Of a DNA stretch of 16,704 nucleotides, positions 4,858 to 13,675 are shown one piece after another; within the stretch, counting starts at the first letter, position 1, and each line of letters starts with the position of its first letter. Source of the stretch: an uncultured Bacilli bacterium (lineage in GTDB: Bacteria > Bacillota_I > Bacilli_A > RF39 > UBA660); NCBI GenBank assembly GCA_944358325.1, contig CALVQV010000020.1, positions 1 to 16,704 on the forward strand. Direction: 5' to 3'. Position numbers and translations under genes: made by a program. The notes beneath the pieces were generated by a model that ran no database searches, was not told where the DNA came from, and saw only the letters and a program-made list of their open reading frames with translations.

Positions 4858-5769
4858 ATGTCATTTACAGGTAGTGTTAAAGAAGAAGTTATTAATCTTA
4901 ATTCAAGTGATTTAGAGTCTCGTGCTTGTTTAAGTGCAATAATTCATAATGTTGGTAGTATTACAAATGATAGTATTAAAGTAGTTACGGAAAATAGTTT
5001 ACTTGCTAAATATATTGATACACTACTTAGAGATATATATGATATAACGCCTAAAATTATTGTTCGTAAAGGCTATAATTTTAATAAAAATTATTTATAT
5101 ATTATTGAATTTATTAATAAATTAGATTTAGTTATTAAAGATTTATCTTTAGATGACAATATTCCTAAGGAATATTTATATGATGATAGTGAATTATTAC
5201 GTTCTTATTTAAGAGGTATTTTCTTGGCTGTTGGAAGTATTAATGATCCAAAGAAGTCAAGATATCATTTAGAGTTCTTAGTAGATAGTAAGAAGTATGC
5301 TTATTTTATTATGGATAAGCTTAATAGTTTTAATTTAAATAGTAAAGTTTTAAAAAGAGAAACTAAGTATATGATTTATGTTAAAGAGTCAGAAAAGATT
5401 AGTGATTTTTTAAGACTTATAGGGGCTTCTAAAGCCGTTATGTACTATGAAGATATACGTATATATCGTGATCATGTTAATATGACTAATCGTCTTAATA
5501 ATTGTGAACAAGCGAATGTTGAAAAAACAATTAATGCCTCTAATGAACAAATAAAAGAAATAGAATTATTAAAAGAAAAAGATGTATATGACTTGTTAGA
5601 TGATAAAGTTAAGGAAGTAGCAGTTTACAGACTTAAATATCCTGATGTTTCTTTAACAGAGTTAAGTGAAATAATTTCGGTAGAAACAGGTAATAAAATC
5701 ACTAAATCAGGTCTTCATCATCGTATGCGTAAAATAAAAGAAATGGCTAATAAAGTAAGAAATATGTAG
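4858..5769 (+). CDS. whiA: DNA-binding protein WhiA
   Basis: 303 aa. N-terminus MSFTGSVKEE..., LAGLIDADG-like middle region (YLRGIFLAVGSINDP) and C-terminal HTH (TKSGLHHRMRKI). Conserved yvcK-whiA synteny. Confidence 0.9.
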   Translation: MSFTGSVKEEVINLNSSDLESRACLSAIIHNVGSITNDSIKVVTENSLLAKYIDTLLRDIYDITPKIIVRKGYNFNKNYLYIIEFINKLDLVIKDLSLDDNIPKEYLYDDSELLRSYLRGIFLAVGSINDPKKSRYHLEFLVDSKKYAYFIMDKLNSFNLNSKVLKRETKYMIYVKESEKISDFLRLIGASKAVMYYEDIRIYRDHVNMTNRLNNCEQANVEKTINASNEQIKEIELLKEKDVYDLLDDKVKEVAVYRLKYPDVSLTELSEIISVETGNKITKSGLHHRMRKIKEMANKVRNM

Positions 5770-5782
5770 AAAGGGTGATAGC

Positions 5783-6952
5783 ATGAAATGTATTTTAATG
5801 AATAAAAATATTGAAGTATTAGTTGCTGAGTACGATCAAGAAATTAAAGTTTTTAGTAAGATATATGAAATTAAAAATATTAAATATGCACCATTCCAAT
5901 TAGAAAATGCTTATTATAAAAAAGAAACATTTCGTGCTTCATTATCTGAATGGTTTGTTGGGAGAGGTATTCCATCATGGCGTGATGATTTAGATATTTT
6001 ATTATCTAAATTAAATATATCTACACCTAAAGAATTATTAGATAAAGCTTTTGGTTTGTCATTATCTGATCAATATTGGTTAAAGCCATATAATAGTAAT
6101 ATAAAATATGATGATATAAATTTTTTTGATCATGATTTTCAAGGCTCAGAATTTACTAATATAACATTTTCTTCTAGTAATACAAGTTCTAACAAAGTTA
6201 GTTTAATTTCCCCTAATAATACAACAGATGGGCGATTAAAAAAAACGTGGATTATTGAAAATAAGACAAGATATTTATTAAAGGGTGGTTATAAAAATGA
6301 AGTTATGCAACCATTTAATGAAGTATTAGCAACTATGATATGTAAACGTATGGGGTTTAAACATGTTCCTTATGAGCTTGCTATTGTAAATGATAAAGTA
6401 GTATCTAAATGTCCATGTTTTATTACAAAAGATACAGAATTAATAAGTGCTTATCAAATTCTTCATAATAATTGTCATAAAAATAATGCTTATATTGAAT
6501 ATATTAATATTTTAGAAGAACATGGTATTAAAAATGCTAGAGAAAATTTAGAAGATATGTTTATATTAGATTATCTAATGTTAAATGAAGATAGACATCT
6601 AGGTAATTTTGGTATAATTAGAAATGTTGAAAATTTAAAGTGGCTTGAAACAGCTCCCATTTTTGATACTGGTCAATCATTAAATATTTTAGATTATAAT
6701 GATGAAGAATTACTTATTAATGGTGCAGGAAGATTTTTCTATGAAAGTAATAATTTTGATTATTTACTTACTAAAATAAAAGATATCAAAAGATATGATT
6801 TAAATAAGTTAGATGGGTTATGTGATGAATTTGATAGTTTATTACATAAATATAGTAGTATTACACATATGACTGATAGAAGAATTGATAAAATATGTAC
6901 TTTATTAATGAGTCGTATTAACAAATTAAAAAGGTATATCAAAAGCGTTTAG
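5783..6952 (+). CDS. HipA-like serine/threonine kinase domain protein (orphan, no adjacent HipB/HTH partner)
   Basis: 389 aa. The HipA_C-type catalytic region LMLNEDRHLGNFGII (compare N.DDH.kN) is followed by APIFDTGQSL (compare APlYD). N-terminal SLSDQYWLKP motif. Confidence 0.6.
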   Translation: MKCILMNKNIEVLVAEYDQEIKVFSKIYEIKNIKYAPFQLENAYYKKETFRASLSEWFVGRGIPSWRDDLDILLSKLNISTPKELLDKAFGLSLSDQYWLKPYNSNIKYDDINFFDHDFQGSEFTNITFSSSNTSSNKVSLISPNNTTDGRLKKTWIIENKTRYLLKGGYKNEVMQPFNEVLATMICKRMGFKHVPYELAIVNDKVVSKCPCFITKDTELISAYQILHNNCHKNNAYIEYINILEEHGIKNARENLEDMFILDYLMLNEDRHLGNFGIIRNVENLKWLETAPIFDTGQSLNILDYNDEELLINGAGRFFYESNNFDYLLTKIKDIKRYDLNKLDGLCDEFDSLLHKYSSITHMTDRRIDKICTLLMSRINKLKRYIKSV

Positions 6953-6966
6953 CGCTTTTTCTTTTC
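6941..6966 (+). terminator. Rho-independent terminator after the HipA-like gene
   Basis: AAAAGCG (6941-6947) pairs with CGCTTTT (6953-6959), loop TTTAG (contains the stop codon), followed by TCTTTTC. Confidence 0.6.
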
Positions 6967-6968
6967 TA

Positions 6969-6997
6969 AAGACAAAATTAATAATTTATAGTATAAT
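6969..6997 (+). promoter_or_regulatory. Putative promoter of the DHH-rplI-dnaB cluster
   Basis: -10 TATAAT at 6992-6997. Weak -35 AAGACA at 6969-6974 with a 17-bp spacer. Confidence 0.35.
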
Positions 6998-7017
6998 ATT
7001 ACAAGAAGAGGTGAACC

Positions 7018-7983
7018 ATGGTTGATGTATTTAATAAAATAACCGAAGCAGTTAAAAGTCACGATAAAGTTATTATTATGGCTCATCGTCATATTGATTA
7101 TGATGCTTTAGGTAGTGCTTTAGGATTATATGAAATAGTTAAATCTTTTAATAAAGAAGTAGCTATCTATGTAGATAGTGATTTAAAGGAAATGGTTAAT
7201 ACTAAGTTGTTTGATTTGATTGCTAATTTAGATATTAAATTTATATATAAAAATACTTATCATAAGTTTATAAGTGATAATACTCTTTTAATTATTGTAG
7301 ATACGCATAAAGAAGAAATGCTTGCTAATCACGAATTGTTGAATTGTGTTAAAAATAAAGTTATTATTGACCATCATATTAAAAGCAATGAATATATAAA
7401 AGATGCTTTATTTAGTTATATTGATTCTAATTTATCTAGTATTAATGAGTTTGTAGCTTTTTATTTAAAATATCTTAATAAAAGTGTTGATAGTGTTATA
7501 GCAACTATTATGCTTACAGGAATTGAGTTAGATACTAATGATTTCCATAGCAAAACAACACCTAATACTTTTTTAGCAGCTTCTTATTTAGCTACACTAG
7601 GTGCGAATACTTATGATACTTTAGAACTTATGAAAGAAGATAAAGATGCAACAATTAGAAGAATGAATTATTTAACTAGATCTTATACCATTGATGATGA
7701 AATTATGATATGTCCTTTGGATAGTGAAAAATTACTTCCTAAGGATCTAGCCATCATCTCTGATATGCAAATGAGCTTTACAAATATTGAGTTAGGCTTT
7801 GTTATTGGTAATTTAATTAATGGCAAGGTAGGTATTAGTGCTCGTTCTAGTGGTAAATATGATGTTTCTAAAATAATGCAAGCTTTAGGTGGTGGTGGAC
7901 ATGCTACCGAAGCTGCTGTTCAAATCGAAGGCAAAAGTATAAAAGAGGTTGAAAAAGAGTTAAAAAGTTTATTGAAGAGGTGA
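7018..7983 (+). CDS. DHH/DHHA1 family phosphoesterase (NrnA/GdpP-catalytic-domain-like)
   Basis: 321 aa. Motifs: MAHRHIDYDALGSA, IIVDTH, IIDHH (DHH) and GGGGH (DHHA1). It sits upstream of rplI-dnaB in the position gdpP occupies in Bacillus, but lacks TM, PAS and GGDEF regions. Confidence 0.8.
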   Translation: MVDVFNKITEAVKSHDKVIIMAHRHIDYDALGSALGLYEIVKSFNKEVAIYVDSDLKEMVNTKLFDLIANLDIKFIYKNTYHKFISDNTLLIIVDTHKEEMLANHELLNCVKNKVIIDHHIKSNEYIKDALFSYIDSNLSSINEFVAFYLKYLNKSVDSVIATIMLTGIELDTNDFHSKTTPNTFLAASYLATLGANTYDTLELMKEDKDATIRRMNYLTRSYTIDDEIMICPLDSEKLLPKDLAIISDMQMSFTNIELGFVIGNLINGKVGISARSSGKYDVSKIMQALGGGGHATEAAVQIEGKSIKEVEKELKSLLKR

Positions 7984-7987
7984 ATAT

Positions 7988-8425
7988 ATGAAAGTTATAT
8001 TACTTACGGATGTTAAAAAATTAGGTAAAAAAGATGCGATTATTGATGTTAAAGATGGTTATGGTAATTTTCTTATTAAAGAAAATAAAGCTGTTATTGC
8101 AACATTAGGTAGCATTAATCGTTTAAATAAAGAAAATAGTCTTAAAGCTTTAGAAGAAAATCTTTTGATTAAAGAAATGCAATCTTTAAAAACAAAGATG
8201 GAAAAAGTTAAATATGAAATTAAAGTAAAAACCGGTACAGGAGACCGTGTCTTTGGTAGTGTTTCTACTAAACAAATTGCTGGTATGCTAAAAGAAAAAG
8301 GATTTTCTATTGATAAAAAACAAATTCATTTAGATCATGAATTAACATCTTTAGGAACACATAATGTGGATATTGTTTTACATAAACAAGTAACTGCAAC
8401 AATTAAGATTAATTTAGTTAAGTAG
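7988..8425 (+). CDS. rplI: 50S ribosomal protein L9
   Basis: 145 aa. MKVILLTDVKKLGKKDAIIDVKDGYGNFLI is a typical L9 N-domain. Synteny with dnaB. Confidence 0.95.
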   Translation: MKVILLTDVKKLGKKDAIIDVKDGYGNFLIKENKAVIATLGSINRLNKENSLKALEENLLIKEMQSLKTKMEKVKYEIKVKTGTGDRVFGSVSTKQIAGMLKEKGFSIDKKQIHLDHELTSLGTHNVDIVLHKQVTATIKINLVK

Positions 8426-8433
8426 GTGAAGTT

Positions 8434-9777
8434 ATGGCAGAAAAAATCATGCCCAACAATCTAGAAGCAGAACAATCCGTTTTAGGTAGTATGTTCTTAA
8501 GTAAAAGTGCTTGTCAGAGAGCTCTTGAGTCTTTAACTAAAGAGTCTTTTTATAGTGAAGCAAATGGTAATATTTTTGCTTGTTTAGGAGAATTAATTGA
8601 AGCAGGTAAACCAATTGACATCACAACAGTTACAGCAGCTTTAGATAAGCAAAAATTACTTAAACAAGTAGGTGATGTTGAATATTTAACAGAAATAGTC
8701 AATATTGTTCCAACAGCAGCTAATATTGAAGAATATATTAAAATAGTTTTAGAAAAAGCAACCCTTCGTCGTTTAATTGAAGAAGCAACTAAAATTATTA
8801 ATGATGGTTACAATTCAACTGATAGTTTAAGTGATATTTTAGATAATGCTGAAAGAAAAATTTTAAATGTCGTTAAAACACGTAAAGGTACAGAATTTAA
8901 AAGTATTACCGAAGTTTTATTTAAAACGCAAGCTGATATTGAAAAATTATCACAAAATAAAGGTGAAGTTACTGGAATTGCAACAGGTTTTCGTGATATT
9001 GATAAACTTACAAGTGGTTTCCATGCAAATGAGCTTATTATTGTAGCAGCTCGTCCTGCCATGGGAAAAACAGCTATTGCTTTAAATATGGCTATTAATA
9101 TGGCCAATAGTTCTAAAAAAGCCATTGCTTTATTTAATATGGAAATGGGTGCTGAACAATTAGCGATGCGTATGATTGCTAGTGTTGGTCAAATTAATCA
9201 AGGTAAAATAAGAACAGGTCGACTAGAACATAATGATTGGCGTCGTGTTAATGAAGCAATTAGTAGACTTGCTGATACTAAAATATTTATTGACGATACT
9301 CCAGGTATGACAATAGGTGAAATAAGAGCTAAATGTCGTCGCCTAGCAAGTGAACAAAATGGCTTAGGAGCAATTATAATCGACTACTTACAGCTTATTA
9401 GTGGTGGTGCAAAATATGCCGGAAATCGTCAACAAGAAGTATCAGAAATATCTCGTTCTTTAAAAACTTTAGCTATGGAATTAGAAGTTCCTGTTATTGC
9501 TTTAGCCCAATTATCACGTAGTGTTGAAGGTCGTGATGATAAACGTCCACTTTTAAGTGACTTACGTGAATCTGGATCTATTGAACAAGATGCTGATATA
9601 GTAGCATTCTTATATCGTGATGATTATTATACAAAAGAAATAAGTATTGATGAATATACAAGTAAGAGTGAGTTTATAATCGCAAAACACCGTAGTGGTC
9701 CAACAGCCACAATTGATTTAATATTCAAACGTGATACAGGTACGTTTGTTAATTTCTTAAATGAAGAAGAAAAATAG
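8434..9777 (+). CDS. dnaB: Replicative DNA helicase DnaB (DnaC in Bacillus nomenclature)
   Basis: 447 aa. N-terminus PNNLEAEQSVLGSM, Walker A AARPAMGKTA, IIIDYLQL, and SRSLKTLAMELEVPVIALAQLSR motifs. Confidence 0.95.
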   Translation: MAEKIMPNNLEAEQSVLGSMFLSKSACQRALESLTKESFYSEANGNIFACLGELIEAGKPIDITTVTAALDKQKLLKQVGDVEYLTEIVNIVPTAANIEEYIKIVLEKATLRRLIEEATKIINDGYNSTDSLSDILDNAERKILNVVKTRKGTEFKSITEVLFKTQADIEKLSQNKGEVTGIATGFRDIDKLTSGFHANELIIVAARPAMGKTAIALNMAINMANSSKKAIALFNMEMGAEQLAMRMIASVGQINQGKIRTGRLEHNDWRRVNEAISRLADTKIFIDDTPGMTIGEIRAKCRRLASEQNGLGAIIIDYLQLISGGAKYAGNRQQEVSEISRSLKTLAMELEVPVIALAQLSRSVEGRDDKRPLLSDLRESGSIEQDADIVAFLYRDDYYTKEISIDEYTSKSEFIIAKHRSGPTATIDLIFKRDTGTFVNFLNEEEK

Positions 9778-11256
9778 GTGATAAATTTGAAAAAAATTTT
9801 CTATATATTAATTTTATTTGTAATCGCTGGTGCTTTATTTTCTTTAGGATTTAATAGCAAAAAGCAATATGAACCTAATGTTTATTATCAAGTATATTTA
9901 GAAGATGAAGTTTTAGGTGTTATCAAATCTAAAAAAGAATTAGATGATTATATTGATAAAAAAGGTGATAACATAAAAAAAGAATTAGGTGTATCTAATG
10001 TATATGCGCCTAATGGCATAAAAGTAGAAAAAATTGCTACTTACAATAAAGAAATTAGTAGTGTTGAAGACATCTATAAACAAATTGAAAAAGAAGCTTC
10101 TTTTACTATAAAAGGATATCAATTTACTATTCGTAAAACTAATGAAGAAACAGGCAAAGAAAGTGTTTCATACATATATACAACAACAGAAGATGTATTT
10201 ACTGAAGCTATAACCAGTTTTGTTGAAACCTATATTGGTGAAGAAACATACACAGCTTTTATAAATGGCGATGTTGTAGAGATTACAACAACGGGAAGTA
10301 AAACAGAAAATATATATATTAATGAAGATATAACTATCAAAGAAAGATATATACCTACAACTGAAAAAATATATAATAATAGTAAAGAACTATCACAATT
10401 TTTACTATTTGGAAAAAATATTGAAATGAAAGAGTATACAGTAAAAGCTGGTGAAACCTTAGAACAAATAGCTTATAATAATGAAATCAGTGTTAATGAA
10501 TTAATATTATCTAATCCAGATTTTTCTGGTGAAAATCAGTTGGTATTTGCTGGACAAGTTATTACGATAGGTGTACCAGATCCACAATTAAGTGCTGTTA
10601 TTGAAGAATATGTTGTGGAAGATCAAGAAGTAGCTTATACAACGGTTGAAGTATATGATGAGACAATGAATATGGGACAAATGGAAGTACGTCAAAATGG
10701 CGAAAATGGTACTGTCCGTGTTGCTCAACGAGTTAAAACAGTTAATGGGGTTGTTACTTATGTTGAACCAGTAAGTAAAACTGAATTAAAGCCGACAGTT
10801 AATAAAATAGTTGCTTTAGGTTCAAAATATATACCAACAGTTGGATCTACCAAAGATTGGCGTTGGCCTACTGATAGTGGATGGCGTATTACAAGTTCAT
10901 ATGGATGGCGTATTGATCCATATACTGGTTCTCGTTCTTTCCACAATGCTATAGATATTGCTGGTACAGGATATGGTTCAAATATTTATGCTGTTACTAA
11001 TGGTGTAGTATATCAAAGTGCTTATACATCTGTTAACGGTTATTATATAATTATTAATCATAATAACGGTTATTATACTTATTATGGCCATATGATTAGA
11101 AAATCACCACTTACAGTTGGATCTACAGTTGCTAAAGGAGACGTTATAGGTTATGTAGGATCTACAGGAGCTGCAACAGGACCACACGTTCACTTTGCTG
11201 TATGGGTTGGTATACCATGGCGTGGTTACCATATAAATCCACTTAGTATGTATTAA
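9778..11256 (+). CDS. Membrane-anchored LysM-G5-M23 family metallopeptidase
   Basis: The N-terminal TM is IFYILILFVIAGALF. LysM is YTVKAGETLEQIAYNNEISVNELILSNP. A G5-like segment is VEVYDETMNMGQMEVRQNGENGTVRV. The M23 motifs are HNAIDIAG and GPHVHFAV. The start is uncertain: GTG at 9778, or TTG at 9787 with RBS AGGTGA at 9776-9781. Confidence 0.8.
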   Translation: MINLKKIFYILILFVIAGALFSLGFNSKKQYEPNVYYQVYLEDEVLGVIKSKKELDDYIDKKGDNIKKELGVSNVYAPNGIKVEKIATYNKEISSVEDIYKQIEKEASFTIKGYQFTIRKTNEETGKESVSYIYTTTEDVFTEAITSFVETYIGEETYTAFINGDVVEITTTGSKTENIYINEDITIKERYIPTTEKIYNNSKELSQFLLFGKNIEMKEYTVKAGETLEQIAYNNEISVNELILSNPDFSGENQLVFAGQVITIGVPDPQLSAVIEEYVVEDQEVAYTTVEVYDETMNMGQMEVRQNGENGTVRVAQRVKTVNGVVTYVEPVSKTELKPTVNKIVALGSKYIPTVGSTKDWRWPTDSGWRITSSYGWRIDPYTGSRSFHNAIDIAGTGYGSNIYAVTNGVVYQSAYTSVNGYYIIINHNNGYYTYYGHMIRKSPLTVGSTVAKGDVIGYVGSTGAATGPHVHFAVWVGIPWRGYHINPLSMY

Positions 11257-11257
11257 T

Positions 11258-12022
11258 ATGGAAATATCAGTTCTAGCTACAGGAAGTAAAGGAAATTGTA
11301 CCTATATCAAAACTAATAATCATAAAATATTAGTTGATTTAGGTACTACTTCTTTATATGTTGAAAAGCAACTAAAAGATTTAAACGTTGAACCAAAAGA
11401 GATAGATAGTATATTTATAACTCATACCCATGTAGATCATATTAATGGTTTAAAAGTATTTATAAAAAAATATAACCCAACAATCTTTTTAACTAATAAA
11501 ATGTATCAAGAATTAGTAAAAATGTTACCAATTACTAATTATTATTTATTAGAAGAAGATACTGTTATAGATGATTTAATTATTCATGTATTTAAAACTT
11601 CACATGATGTTGAAGATTCTAATGGCTATATATTTGAAAGTGATAATAAAAGTATTGTATATATTACAGATACAGGCTATATTAACGTTAAATATCATAA
11701 AATGTTAGTTAATAAAGACTTTTATGTGATGGAAAGTAATCATGATGTAAGAATGCTTATGGATGGTAAATATCCATATCATTTAAAACAACGTATTGTA
11801 GGTGATAGAGGTCACTTATCCAATAAAGACTCTGCTAACTATTTAGCTAATTTTATTGGTGATAAAACTAAAGGAATTGTCTTAATCCATTTAAGTGAAG
11901 ATAATAATACTCCTGATATTGCTTATAATACTTTAAAACAAACATTAGAAAGAAGAAATAAACAAGTAGATAAAATATTAATTTCTAATCAAAGAGAACA
12001 TACGGAGTTGATAACTTTATGA
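11258..12022 (+). CDS. MBL-fold metallo-hydrolase (YycJ/WalJ-like)
   Basis: 254 aa. HTHVDH metal-binding motif, and GNCTYIKT at the N-terminus. Overlaps rlmH by 4 nt (ATGA). Confidence 0.8.
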   Translation: MEISVLATGSKGNCTYIKTNNHKILVDLGTTSLYVEKQLKDLNVEPKEIDSIFITHTHVDHINGLKVFIKKYNPTIFLTNKMYQELVKMLPITNYYLLEEDTVIDDLIIHVFKTSHDVEDSNGYIFESDNKSIVYITDTGYINVKYHKMLVNKDFYVMESNHDVRMLMDGKYPYHLKQRIVGDRGHLSNKDSANYLANFIGDKTKGIVLIHLSEDNNTPDIAYNTLKQTLERRNKQVDKILISNQREHTELITL

Positions 12023-12474
12023 TAAAAATTATTGCAGTTGGAAATATTAAAGAATCTTTCTTTAAAGAAGCCATCTTAGAATACCAAAAACGTATATCCA
12101 AATATACTAAGTTAGAAATTATTGAAGTTAAAGATTATGATTTAGATAGTCCTAATTTAAATATGGAAAAAGAAAAAGAAGCCATATTAAAGCATATTAC
12201 ACCTAAGGATTTTATAGTTACTCTAGTCATTGAAGGAAAAGAAATGACTAGCCCATCTTTTGCTGAAGCTTTAGATAAATGGTTTATGCAAAAAGGTAAT
12301 ATAACATTTATTATTGGTGGATCAAATGGTTTAAGTAAAGAACTAAAAGATATGAGTAACTTTCAATTATCTTTTTCACCTATGACTTTTCCACATCAAT
12401 TATTTCGTATAATTTTACTTGAACAAATATATCGTGCTTATAAAATAAAAAATAATGAATCTTATCATAAATAA
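12019..12474 (+). CDS. rlmH: 23S rRNA (pseudouridine1915-N3)-methyltransferase RlmH
   Basis: 151 aa SPOUT-type. MIKIIAVGNIKESFFKEAILEYQKRI, and a C-terminal IGGSNGLS...SFSPMTFPHQLFRIILLEQIYRAY. Confidence 0.9.
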   Translation: MIKIIAVGNIKESFFKEAILEYQKRISKYTKLEIIEVKDYDLDSPNLNMEKEKEAILKHITPKDFIVTLVIEGKEMTSPSFAEALDKWFMQKGNITFIIGGSNGLSKELKDMSNFQLSFSPMTFPHQLFRIILLEQIYRAYKIKNNESYHK

Positions 12475-12487
12475 GTATAAAAAAATA

Positions 12488-12522
12488 AAAAACCGCTCAT
12501 TAAAAAATAGGAGGCGGTTTTT
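12488..12522 (+). terminator. Possible weak terminator or hairpin after rlmH
   Basis: AAAAACCGC (12488-12496) pairs with GCGGTTTTT (12514-12522), but the loop is 17 nt and contains the spoIIR RBS AGGAGG. This is poor geometry for a terminator. Confidence 0.3.
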
Positions 12523-12524
12523 AA

Positions 12525-13049
12525 ATGAAAAAAACCATAATATTAACTATTATTATCATCATCTTTATTATAATTACTAACTCGGTAAAACAAGATTTAG
12601 TAAAAATACCTAAAGAAGCTATTAGAATTCGTGTTCTAGCCAATAGTAATGATAACTATGATCAAGAAATGAAAAAACAAGTAAAAGAATTGGTAGCTAA
12701 TCAATTATATCCCAAATTAAATAATGTCAAGAATATTAATGAAGCAAGGAAGGTTATTAACAATAATATTGATAATATAGAAAAAAATATTAATACTTTC
12801 TTTACACAAAAAAAATATAATCAAAATTATGAAGTGATTTATGGATTAAATTACTTTCCGGAAAAAGAATATAAAGGTGTTTATTATGATGAGGGTTATT
12901 ATGAATCATTACTTGTAACAATCGGTGATGGTTCTGGCGATAATTGGTGGTGTGTTTTATTCCCACCACTATGTTTGATGGAGGCCGAAGAAAGTGAAGA
13001 AGTAGAATATAAATTTTTCGTTCAAGAATTAATTGATAAATACTTTTAG
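12525..13049 (+). CDS. spoIIR: Stage II sporulation protein R
   Basis: 174 aa with a signal/TM N-terminus. IPKEAIRIRVLANSN and GDGSGDNWWCVLFPPLC are diagnostic of the SpoIIR family. Confidence 0.88.
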   Translation: MKKTIILTIIIIIFIIITNSVKQDLVKIPKEAIRIRVLANSNDNYDQEMKKQVKELVANQLYPKLNNVKNINEARKVINNNIDNIEKNINTFFTQKKYNQNYEVIYGLNYFPEKEYKGVYYDEGYYESLLVTIGDGSGDNWWCVLFPPLCLMEAEESEEVEYKFFVQELIDKYF

Positions 13050-13059
13050 TAATATCTAA

Positions 13060-13093
13060 AAAACTTCCATCGTAAAATATGGTGGAGGTTTTT
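13060..13093 (+). terminator. Hairpin plus T-run after spoIIR. Its 3' arm contains the mntP Shine-Dalgarno sequence.
   Basis: AAAACUUCCAUC (13060-13071) pairs with GGUGGAGGUUUU (13081-13092) as a 12-bp stem including 2 G.U pairs. The loop is 9 nt and the T-run is 13089-13093. Confidence 0.45.
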
Positions 13094-13618
13094 ATGTGGA
13101 AAATAATACTTATTGCAGTTAGTTTATCAATGGATGCTTTTTCGCTTTCACTTTCCTATGGAACTAATGGTATAAAAGAACATGATATTAGAAAGATTGC
13201 TATAACAGTGGGCATTTTTCATTTTTTTATGCCATTATTTGGTTTATTAATGGGAAGTACTTTACTTTTTTTTATAAAAATAAATACGGATATTTTAGTT
13301 TTTGTCATTCTTACTTTTATTGGTATTGAAATGTTAGTAGAAAGTTTTAAAGAAAGAGAAGAAATTCATCTTATTTCTTTAGTAGAATTATTACTTTTCG
13401 CACTAGCAGTTAGTTTAGATAGTTTATCTGTTGGTATAGGCCTTAAAGCAATAACTAATCAGTATATTACTAGTTCTATTATATTTGCCTTAACAAGTTT
13501 TATGTTCACTTTTACAGGCTTAAAAATAGGTAAATATGCTAATCTTAAATTAGGAACTATTGCGACTATTATAGGTGGTATTATTTTAATAATTTTAGGA
13601 TTACTATACATATTATAG
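13094..13618 (+). CDS. mntP: Manganese efflux pump MntP family protein (DUF204)
   Basis: Two DUF204 repeats (SMDAFSLSLSYG and SLDSLSVGIGL) in a polytopic membrane protein. The ATG at 13094 is preferred over 13079 because GGAGG at 13084-13088 lies 5 nt upstream of it. Confidence 0.8.
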   Translation: MWKIILIAVSLSMDAFSLSLSYGTNGIKEHDIRKIAITVGIFHFFMPLFGLLMGSTLLFFIKINTDILVFVILTFIGIEMLVESFKEREEIHLISLVELLLFALAVSLDSLSVGIGLKAITNQYITSSIIFALTSFMFTFTGLKIGKYANLKLGTIATIIGGIILIILGLLYIL

Positions 13619-13630
13619 TGTCTAGTCTAA

Positions 13631-13659
13631 TTGCTATTTTATAAAAAAACATTTATAAT
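13631..13659 (+). promoter_or_regulatory. Putative fba promoter
   Basis: -35 TTGCTA (13631-13636), 17-bp spacer, -10 TATAAT (13654-13659). Confidence 0.5.
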
Positions 13660-13675
13660 ATATATTGGTGATAAT

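Noticed and set aside
6760-6942. 60-aa antisense ORF inside the HipA-like gene. Similar antisense ORFs occur at 8808-9125, 10758-10946, 14428-14685, 15553-15855 and 16033-16224.
   Set aside because: All are embedded antisense to strongly supported conserved genes (dnaB, M23 peptidase, fba/murA, murA, SGNH-like). They have low-complexity hydrophobic translations typical of AT-rich antisense frames and no RBS.
13050-13093. yybP-ykoY Mn2+ riboswitch upstream of mntP
   Set aside because: The intergenic region is only 44 nt and shows a single simple hairpin. It is too short for the four-way-junction riboswitch. A proper covariance-model search was not possible here.
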